This document shows, piece after piece, positions 53,550-64,000 of a DNA stretch of 64,000 nt. Origin of the DNA: Paraspadella gotoi. Taxonomy: Eukaryota; Animalia; Chaetognatha. The stretch is taken from NCBI GenBank assembly GCA_051294375.1, contig CM119271.1, positions 3,503,061-3,567,060 of the forward strand. The letters run 5' to 3'. The notes under the pieces are model-generated. The model did not search any database, was not told the origin of the DNA, and saw only the letters and a list, made by a program, of their open reading frames with translations. How positions within the stretch are numbered: position 1 is the stretch's first letter; each line of letters starts with the position of its first letter. The position numbers and the translations under genes were made by a program.

Positions 53550-56087
53550 CTTGGAAGATGGAATTTAAAAATAGCCTCCCACCGTCATGCAGGATTTTAG
53601 AAAAAAGAAGCAAAAGTTGTGTTTAAATTCTAGTCCGATAAAACCACAAACTTCACTCGAAAATTTTATAAGCCTTTATTTGGCGATCGCCGTTCATCTA
53701 GTCCCATGCTTTTAATTATTCCGTCCAGTATATTTTTATTTCGATTTAAGGAAAATATTTAATGAGTCATATCTGTTTTTGATGTCAACTAAATTTGCCA
53801 TTTCCGCCGTATTGCTCTTGCCTCATGTACTTATTAATTGAAAATACTTCAAATACATGTATTTTTCGATGAAATGAAATAATTTTATAAACATACCGAT
53901 GACCGATGCCTCTTCACTGCCCAGTATTAAAATATAAAAAAGAAAATTTAGGATGAAATGAAACAAATTATACTATAATATGAAATTGGTACAACCAATA
54001 TAATTTATAGGTTTGTTAAGTGCGAACCCGGGCCTGGTCTAAACGAAAGTTCGAAGTAGGATCTTTTATTTTTCATAATTCACTTTTGACGTTTTTGTCG
54101 GCTTCTTTCGGTATAAAAAAGAACTTCTCTAGCAATGAACGTCAGAGGGAATTCAATTAGATTCGAGTAGACTTTACCGAAAGAAACAAAAGACAACGTT
54201 AGTTCCAAGGTGACTTTTTCCGGAAGCTTGCACTTAGTCTATCATGAGGCGAGGTATATTTAAATCATTCTTGTTTGGGAAGGTTCCCAAATCAAACTTC
54301 TGACACACCCCATTGACAAAGTTTGGCTCTAACGAAGGAAATTAAATCAAATTTGAAACGCCAGCTATTCTCGGTCGCTTACTTTACTGTACCAACTAGG
54401 AAAAAAGTATATCACATTTTTATTAAAAAATCAAAATATTTCCGAATTTACATTGAATTTTTTTCAGTTGTTAGAAGTTAAAAGCAAAAAAATATTGCTA
54501 CTTCAAATAAAAAATGAAACAAAAATTATATTTAATTTTTTATTATTTTTAATATTTAATTATTTTTATTTTGAATAAAGTTAGTAATTTTTTTAAAAAA
54601 ATTTGATAATGTTAAAGGCATTGCGCTTCTTTTTGATTTAAAAAAGTGTCTTTATAGCTCTCAGAAAAGAAGGAAAAACGCATAACATTAACATCGGGGT
54701 TAAAAAGATTAGCGTTAAAAGTGTGGAAAAACATTTTACTATCATACCTCAATTCATTGTATGAGAGCATGCCCAGATAAATGTAAGTAATAATTAATGC
54801 TGAAGGAAGGTATACTAAATATTAAGAATGTTTTACCTATATTTTATATATTTTTTATTGAATAAATGAACCTTTCAACAATTATGTGATATACTTTTTT
54901 CCTAAATAGTATGTCTAGCTGAAAAATAATCAGCAGGGCAAGGTTATTGACCTTAGACGCGAAAAGTATCTGAGTGAGTTCAAAAGATTCGCATTCAAAA
55001 TGCAATATATTATATTCAACTTCAATCTAACACACATCAATATATATCAATGTAAACAACATTTCCACTGATATTTTTTTTAAAATCAAGAACACATTCG
55101 ATCATAGCGTTGCTTTGTACATTGCTTTAAATGTTCGTCTACTGATCTATTAAATTAAATTTACACTTTACACGATCATTATGAACACGATTCGTAGCAA
55201 GTTTCAAGCTCCTTTTTTGAGGTATAATTTCTCTTGAAATTTTCAGACTCTAATTTACTCTACACGCAATGTTACTACAATCGTGATAAAAATTATCATT
55301 CATTTTTTTTTTCAGACCGAGAGGCGGTTTTAAGGAAAAAAAAAAGAAATCTATAATTTTTTAAAAGATTCTTGGCGACACATTTAGAGAGAAAATAGAA
55401 TAAGTTCGCAGCAGACACCGAAAAACAGCGAAATTAGATACTATGAAAAAATTAAAGCGATTTGTTGCCATGCCGATTTTTTTTTGTTTATTCGAAGTTC
55501 GAACGGAAACATTAAAAGCAAACTAGATTAATGTCTGATAATTGCGTAAAGGTCACTCTGTAGTTAAAAAAAAAAAAAAGTCGCTGGAAAAAACCAGAAA
55601 ATGCACAATGAGTTTCGAACTTGATGAAAAATTGCGGATATAAATTTTTCTCTTTCTTTTGAGATTTAAACGAATAAAATGCGTTCTGTTTCGCCTGAAT
55701 AAGAAGTGATTAAATGAAATAAAAAGTAATAGCGTTACATAGCTTGGAAGATTTTTTTTTTTTGGAATGCTATTTTTTTTTGCGAGAAAAAAAATATAAT
55801 ATAAGATTAAGACTAGTTTTAACTATGACTTGTCTTCCGCTCTCTCCATGCTCTAAACCCGTTTTTTTTTCTTTTTTTTTGGATGCAAGCTTGAAAGAGA
55901 AAAAAAAATCCAACTTTTTCTTCTTTTTAACGCGTACGGATTATGTCGCTTGTATAATATTTACTTCTTTTTTTTCGCATAGTTGAAAAAATAAAAGAAA
56001 CATGAACTTTATGATAAAGAATATATCTAGATCTCACGGAATTTAAAAAAAGAAAGAAGAAAAAAAAAAAAAAACAAACAAAAAAAA

Positions 56088-56415
56088 CTAGACCGACGCA
56101 CGAGCACAGATTTTTTTTTTTAGGGGGTCGTAATAGAAAAGAGAGGAAGAGATTGGTGAAGGGGGTTGAAAGTAGGGCGGCGAAGGTGGAGGAGAAGATG
56201 AAGGGCGTGGAGGGAGGAGGGCGGGAAGGGCGAAATGAAGAGAACGAAGACGGCGTTGCCTCGTGGAGAGGGGGGGGGGTGGGGGCGGGAGTGCGGGTAG
56301 AGGGGGGGGAAAGAAGTTGACGTCACCTATAGTCGATAGTTTCTCCCGAAGTTCACGCGACGCTTCCTTCGAAGTCGAGATGAAAAAGAAACAATATTTT
56401 TTCCTAATCGTCCAA

Positions 56416-56450
<35 letters not shown>

Positions 56451-59400
56451 AGCAGTCCTCGTTCTTCGACGCAGAAAGTTCCTTCCGGTCCGACTTTCCG
56501 GCCCGAACGTCATCGGCCGTCTTCGGCGACGGCGACTCCTCCAGGCGTCGATGCGCGAAAAACGGCGTCGACGGGTCGTCGTTTGCGCCGATTTTCCGAG
56601 GGGCGTGGCGCCGTCGCTTCCACGCGTTTCTACGCAATTGAAGAGCTCGACTTCGCCGCTACGGGGCGCGGACGCCGAACAACACCGTGGAAAGCCTCGT
56701 CGTGCAGGCGAGTGACGGTCCGGAGTAGGAGATTCGAATTTACAAAGATCGAAATTATTCCATCCGATCTCAATAAATCCGGACGACCAGAGCTCGGGCC
56801 GAGAAGTTCCAAACTTTTCTGTGACGGCCCTCTGACGGTCGAGGAAGGAATAATGACTTTGTGCCTGGACGCTGGGAAGAGGAGATGGAATTCGTCGCTG
56901 CGACGACGACGACGACGACGACGACGAACAAAGCGGGAGCAGAATTGGACGAGGCGGTCGCGGAGACGACGAAGACACGACGTTTTCTCTTATCCCTCTT
57001 TTTATCCGCCAGAGGGCCAAGGAGATTCTTCGATCCCTGCGGCGACGGTAGCGTCGCAGCGGCGGCGACGAAGCGGACGCTGCTTCCGTTGGAATTTCGC
57101 TTCTCGCCATGGCGTCGTTTTCGCTTCTCGTCCGCTGTTCGCCGCCGTCGCTTCTCGTTTTTTCCGCTGCCCACGAGGTTCTCCCGCGTTTTTTCATCAA
57201 CGTTGATATCGTCGTCGTCGTCGTCGTCGTCGACGCTGGCGTAGGAGGAAGAAGTTCGATCCTGGGAAGACGCGATCTTCGTATCGACGCTCGATGAGTT
57301 CGTCGGGATCGTTTGTGCAAATGACGACGTCGTCTGCTCCGTCGCTTTTGTTGCTCGTTCGATTTCGGTCGTGGTCGTCGTCGCTTTCTTCGCTGCTGCA
57401 TCGGCGGAAGTGGATACTGATGGAGCTGTTGTCGGCAAGGGTCGTCGCTGTCGTCGGAGTCGTTAACCAGGTTCGCGTTCGTTTTCTTCGCGAATTCTTT
57501 GTCGTTGTTGTCGTCGTCGTCCACGAAGAGGAGGAAGGGAATCCGGCGGAGGAAGTTGACGAGGAAATAGAAGACGACGACGAGGATGGAGAAGGTGGAA
57601 GGGAGGAGATGAGGAGCCGAGGAGGAGGCGGAGGGAGTCGCGGAGTCTGGATGTGAATCGTGAAAAAAAGATAAAAGATTATTTAAATGATTACTTTTTA
57701 AATAATATGTATGCAGGAATCAATATTTAATGAACGAATGAATTAATGAGAGAAGGGATGCGTGAATTATTGAATTGAATTGACCAACGACAAGGTTTTT
57801 ACACGTTATAGATAAATAAATAAATGAATAAAGAATGTATATGTATAATGTTGATGCTTTCCCAGGTGAACGAAAGAATGGAAATGAATTAAATCAATTA
57901 ATTAATATTTAAATAAATTAAAGGAGAATTTTACCGAAGCCGGTGAATTTGGATCTAACTATGGCGGTGTTCAATGGTTGTCGCTGCGCCTCGTCGTCGT
58001 CGTCGTCGTCGTAATCGTCGTCGTCGTAATCGTCGTCGTGGTCGTCGCGATAAGGGCCCAAGGCGGCGGTCGTCGATTCGGTCGTCAGGTACATCTCCGC
58101 GATGGCTTGGGGGCTGAAAGCCCTTTGGGGATCTGGAAGATGAGGAGCGAGGGAAAGGGGTCGTTTAAGCACATGTTCGAGCGAGGGATTAGGACGTTCT
58201 AATTGGGATTTAGGCTAGAAACGACGCGACGATATGAATTATTAGGTCAATAAATACTGTAATGCTGTAAACAAGTGGGAAGGAGTTTGATTGAAAGCTC
58301 GCAGGGACCTGCTATGTCATTATCTTGTAAGAGTGATGGAGGCCTTAAACCACCAAAGCCTGTCCAAAGTCAGGGGCAAGATAGCTTATTTATTAAATGA
58401 ATGGATAATTTTTATATTGGTTGTACCAATTTCATTACAACCAAATACAATATAAACGTTGCAGTCGACTTACCTCCGTAGTTTCGGTCGTCCTCCGCGG
58501 CGGGGCGCTCGGGTAGGGAGCAGTTATCCAGTCTCGCCCTCGGAACGTAGTAGCAAGATTCGTCTCTGAAAAAAAAAAGTTTCAAAGGGTCGCGGGGTGT
58601 TGGAGGGTGGTTGTTATTGTGGAGTCTAAAGCGGTTGAGTGGAGATCGTTAAATGAGGGAAAAGGTAAAAGGGAAGGCTTAAAATTTTAGTTAAAATGAA
58701 GCTTTCTTGAGTATTTTTAGTTGCGAGAAATCTGCATGTTGGTTGCCTGGACGAGGAATTTTTTTGTGGTTGATCAATATCATCCTTATTATCCTTATTT
58801 AGAATATAGGCTGTTTGTTTAGTATAAGCCATTGTTTCACTCTGAAATAATTTTGGAACTGTTTTTCAATATGTGCCGAAAGTCGGTGAAAAACCAAAAT
58901 CTTTTGCGATAAAAATTAATATAAAAAATATTTTAGTAAGTTTTTAGTGGCTAACTTTGTTTCAATTTGATCTTCATCGCAAAAGAAAAAAAATATTCAT
59001 GTTTTCTCAAAGCGCTGTAAAGTAAAACATGCGTTAAGAAATTAAGAAAAAAAATTAAGCCAGGTAGTTTGGGTGGTTCTTAAAATTATTCAAATAAACT
59101 GTCGCCTAAATTGTACATTCATGCAAGTGTAGATTCGAAAATAACTCGTAATATTTATTGAAGATGCCGTTTATATTTTAGAATCTTTATGAAAACATCT
59201 CCTTCAAGTAAGTTCAAGTATATATACATCTTCATGACATATCGTAAAAGTTTTATCATTCAATGAGCCAACCTTTTCGTTTTGGGTTTATTCCAAAATC
59301 TCGAACATACACAAAACTCCCGGCTACAGTAAAAAAAAAAACGAGTGTCGGAAACAAACAAAAAAAAACAAACATTTGTTCTTTACATTATGTCAGGAAA

Positions 59401-60648
59401 GTTACGATTTGTAACAACATTTAATAATTTTCATGATCCTACCAATTGCATTAACCTTTGCATTTAGAAGAAAATTTGAGTGGCGAACCTTTAGTAAATC
59501 TCCCACGACCCCGTAACTCATCCGCTCACTATATCTTCATTACGACGCCATCTTCCACTGCTTCTCTCGCCCATACTCACTCACTTCTCGACCCCCTCCT
59601 TCCGACCCTCTAGACCATCCCCCCCAACCCCCCGTCCACTCCTCACCATCTCACCTCTCGTCTTCGACGCATTTGAGGTGACATTTCCGGTAGCAGTGAT
59701 CTGGGACGTCGTAGTCATCTTTCCCCTTGGTGACGCAGCCTTCCGGCGTCGCGCCCGTCGTCGGCGGCGGCGTCGGCTGCGGCGTCGGCTGCGTTGACGG
59801 CGCGGAGACGTCGATGCCGCGGAGGAGCGCGTCCCTCGGCGCTTGATCGAGGGTCGGGTCTGTTTTGTTTTTTTTTTCGAAAGGGAATCGTAAAAAAAAT
59901 CTCTCGTTCCTTTTCTTTTTAGGTATCTTTTTTTTTCCTGGTTTTTTTTTACACATTTACCTTACTTTCATACTCGATATATGTACTATATTTTTACTGC
60001 TTAATCTTTTTAGGTAATTTTGTTTATTTCCTCTCTTATTTTTTTACTAAATTGCTTACTTAATTTTCCCCCCCTTTTCTTCATTTTATCCTTTTCTTTT
60101 TTGCTTGCACGTTAACCACGTTCTTCCTTCTCCTTATCGCTTTTCTTTCCTCTTCCCCTTTTTTTTTTCCTTTTCTCCTTTTCTCCGGTTTTCATTCTCC
60201 TTTTTTTTTTTCTCTTTCAATTTTTTCCCCTCGCTCCAGTTTGAGACCTGTCATCCGTACGGAGAAAAAAAAAACGCGTCGTTTATCTTAGCGACGATGG
60301 TTTTTTGTTTGTTTGTTTGTCTAGTTCATTCGTGGCTTTGTTTAATTTAATAATATTTTCGATCTGTATCCTTGATTAAATATAGAAAAGCGGTGTCAAT
60401 ATATAACCAATTCGAAGTAAAAACTATTTTCGAAGTTTACAGTTGCTACGTAACTTTTGCAGTCTTCGTTTCCTCTCCTTACCCGTGCAGAGAAACATGG
60501 GCTGTCCGGCGAACTGTATAGACTGTTGTGGATGCAGATAAGGGCATCTCTGAAGGACGACTTCGCAAAAAGCCAGACAGGGTTTGACTCGGCGCCTCTC
60601 TTGGAAGAAGGGCACCGTCGTCGCGCACAGCCAATCCTTGTAGGCGGC
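56088..60648 (-). CDS. NALF: FAM155/NALF (NALCN auxiliary factor, NLF-1/Mid1-like), 3' exons only: 60648-60483, 59859-59655, 58565-58474, 58198-57935, 57646-56088
   Basis: AYKDWLCA...KPCLAFCEVVLQRCPYLHP...FAGQPMFLCT matches the end of the FAM155 cysteine-rich domain; later CYRKCH and a hydrophobic STFSILVVVFYFLVNFL segment; junctions are phase-compatible. 5' exons are not in the window; the true stop is uncertain. Confidence 0.8.
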
Positions 60649-61104
60649 CTGTGTGGAGAGGAATAAAAGAATGACTCGGTTAAACATATACATATTATAC
60701 ATATACATAACATATTATACATATTTTCCATTTGCTTTTTTTTTAAGGTTTCGTTGTTGCCCGTTGTGGTTGCTATTCTATTGTTTTTAACTAGTCTCGA
60801 CCATTGCGCTCTCTATGTGGGTTTGATATTAATAAATGCTAATATGCAATTATGCCGTGATATATATTATCGATAATTATAAAATAAGTAATACTAATGA
60901 GAAATGCAACCGTCACTTGCGCGCGAGTATGCGTTGTATTTTTTCAAGGGGAATGAGAAAAAAATAAATGAGAAAAGAAAAAAAGCATAAAAATGGCGAA
61001 ACCTAATCGAGTCTCGATATTTTTTTTCTTAGGAAGAAATTTGATTGTTCTTTTTTTTTTATACCCGCACAGTGACGTCACCGGCGACGCGTTGACACGA
61101 AGGC

Positions 61105-61122
61105 AGAGAGAGAGAGAGAGAA

Positions 61123-61163
<41 letters not shown>

Positions 61164-61243
61164 AGGGGGGAAATGCAAAAAATGGAATGTGACTCTCCGA
61201 ACGGCTATAAACTGGAGAAGTTACAAAATCGATAACATTTGCT

Positions 61244-61325
<82 letters not shown>

Positions 61326-61492
61326 TCCGCGCGCTAATCGTTTTCCCCGCTGTCAGGTTGAAACGTTAACAAATAGCGAAAAGGATATCCGGTCGAGGCC
61401 AGTGCTTATCCCCGGAGACAGTCCTTGAGCCTTACACTTCTCGGAATCGTGCCACCTCGGCCCCCGATTTATGGAGAGAGAAAGAAGGAGAG

Positions 61493-61581
<89 letters not shown>

Positions 61582-61688
61582 GGGGGGGCAAACAAAGTCG
61601 GCGACTCAACTCTAATCCCAGGTTTTTTGTGGTGAGATTTTTTTTCTGCTTCTTGAGTTGTTCGATCAACGTTGCCAGTCAATCAGAC

Positions 61689-61749
<61 letters not shown>

Positions 61750-61752
61750 CTC
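61105..61752. repeat. Cluster of alternating (GA)n/(CT)n microsatellites
   Basis: GA run about 61105-61160, CT about 61243-61325, GA about 61474-61580, CT about 61693-61752. Confidence 0.9.
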
Positions 61753-62361
61753 TTTCAGCAATTTCCTGCTGTCTTCTTTTCCGCTGGGTATTGATGATGT
61801 CAAAGGTCGCGTTGTTGCTTCTCCACTTCCTCGATTTTTTCATGCGTTGGATTTTTAATGAGGCCGACGTCAAAACGATCGCTAACAAACAAACTATTTT
61901 TTAAATTTTAATGGTCATTTTTCAATTTAATACTGAGTGGAGTAGAAGTTAGAATATCATGAAGTTTGTAAACAACACGATGACGTCCTAAGTCTAAACT
62001 GCGCGACCAAAAGCCGCCATTTTCAAACGCGCAATATAAAAGAAAAGCAAGACCTACATTTTCTTTTCCCCCAAGATTTCGAAAAAACACGAAATTTGGT
62101 ATGAAGCGTATCTTTATCTCTCTCTCTCTCTGTCTTTTTCCCCGTTTTTTTTCTCTCTCTCTGTCTCTTTCCCTGCTTTTCTCTTCCCGGATCGAGACCT
62201 TCTCTTTTTCAATACATCTCGATTTTGATTTGATTTTTTTTTACATTTATAAGAAAACTTCTTGGAGGAAGATCCGGCAATTCTGTCCGGGACGACACGC
62301 CATCCGGGATCTCTCTCTCTCTCTCTCTCTCTCTCTNNNNNNNNNNNNNNNNNNNNNNNNN

Positions 62362-64000
62362 AATACATGTATTTCGATTGAAATGAAATAATTTTATAAA
62401 CATACGCCGATGCCTCTTTCACTGCCCAGTATTAAAATATAAAAAAGAAAATTTAGGATGAAATGAAACAATTATTACTTAATAATGAAATTGTACAACC
62501 AATAAATTTATAGGTTGTTAAGTGCGAACCGGGCCTGGTCAGAAGTTCGAAGTAGGTTTTTATTTTCATTCACTTTTGACGTTTTTTGTACGGCTTCTTT
62601 TCGGTATAAAAAAGAACTTCTCTAGCAATGAACGTCAGAGGGAATTCAATAGATTCGAGTAGACTTTACCGAAAGAAACAAAAGACAACGTATGTTCCAA
62701 GGTGACTTTTCCGGAAGCTTGCACTTAGTCTATATGAGGCGAGGTATATTTAAATCATTCTTGTTTGGGAAGGTTCCAAATCATTAACCTGACTTGACAA
62801 GTTTGTTCTAACGAAGAGAAATTAAATCAAATTTGAACGCCAGCTATTTGGTCGCTTTTTGTACCAAGTTAGGAATATATATTTTATTTTATAAAATATT
62901 TCCGAATTTACATTGAATTTTTTTCAGTTGTTAGAAGTTAAAAAAGCAAAATATTGAGCTTACTTCAATTGAAACAAAAATTATATTTAAATTTTTTATT
63001 TATTTTTAATATTATTATTTTATTTATGTAGTTAATAATTTAAATTTTAAAAAATTTGATAATGTTAAAGGCATTGCGCTTTTTTTTGATTTAAAAAAAG
63101 TGTCTTTATAGCTCTCTAGAAAAGAAGGAAAAACGCATAACATTAACATCGGGTTAAAAAAGATTAGCGTTAAAAGTGTGGAAAAACATTTTCTATCATC
63201 AATACCTCAATTCATTGTTATGAGACATGCCCAGATAAATGTAAGTAATAATTAATGCTGAAGGAAGGCATACTAAATATTAAGAATGTTTTACCTATAT
63301 TTAATATATTTTTTATTGAATAAATGAGAACCTTTCAACAATTATGTGAATATACTGTTTTTCTAAATAGTATGTCTAGCTGAAAAATAATCAGCAGGGC
63401 AAGGTTATTGACCTAGACGCGAAAAGTATCTGAGTGAGTTCAAAAGATTCGCATTTCAAAATGCAATATATTATATTCAACTCAATCTAACACACATCAA
63501 TATATATCATGTAAAAACACAATTTCCACTGAATATTTTTTTTTAAAAATCAAGAACACATTCGATCATAGCGTTGCTTTGTACATTGCTTTAAATGTTC
63601 GTCTACTGATACTATTAATTAATTTACACTTTACACGATCATTATGAACACGATTCGTAGCAAGTTTCAAGCTCCTTTTTTGAGGTATAATTTTCTCTTG
63701 AAATTTTCAGACTCTAATTTACTCTACACGCAATGTTACTACAAATCGTGATAAAAATTATCATTCATTTTTTTTTCAGACCGAGAGGCGGTTTTAAGGA
63801 AAAAAAAAAGAAATCTATAATTTTTTAAAAGATTCTTGGCGACACATTTAGAGAGAAAATAGAATAAGTTCGCAGCAGACACCGAAAAACAGCGAAATTA
63901 AGATACTATGAAAAAATTAAAGCGATTTGTTGCCATGCCCAGATTTTTTTTTGTTTATTCGAAGTTCGAACGGAAACATTAAAAGCAAACTAGATTAATG
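62362..64000. repeat. Indel-rich second copy of 53852-55533 following an N gap
   Basis: Colinear from aatacatgtattt.cgat.gaaatgaaataattttataaacat to aaactagattaatg. Confidence 0.92.

Noticed and set aside
60993-62422. ER/LS-repeat ORFs
   Set aside because: Translations of GA/CT microsatellites.
62362-64000. Segmental duplication inside the NALF gene
   Set aside because: Begins exactly at a 25-N gap and is an indel-rich copy of 53852-55533.

Overview
Draft-assembly window from an intron-rich invertebrate animal genome (AT-rich introns, GC-rich exons, TTAGGG-type repeats, six N gaps, three near-identical duplicated blocks that look like haplotype or gap-fill redundancy). Recognisable genes: anosmin-1 (+), a PACSIN/syndapin F-BAR gene (-), frameshifted KCTD-type BTB sequences (-), two paralogous unknown genes (one with a degenerate MADS-box-like N-terminus), a four-TM membrane protein, kynureninase (+), FoxJ1 (+) and the 3' part of a FAM155/NALF gene (-). 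Mobile DNA includes a decayed Gypsy pol, MITEs, a tRNA-derived SINE and a solo LTR. Most notable is 38705-42908: a Toll-like LRR ectodomain, a TM helix, a pseudokinase, an IRE1/RNase L-type KEN ribonuclease with intact catalytic motif and a ubiquitin-like tail, i.e. a candidate receptor-gated RNase. Also notable are a 3 kb near-perfect palindromic transposon built from telomeric repeats (12864-15858, 4-bp TSD, with the empty allele in the same window) and a PACSIN that appears to end in a CCRI lipidation motif instead of an SH3 domain. All homology calls are from motif recognition by eye; no searches were run.
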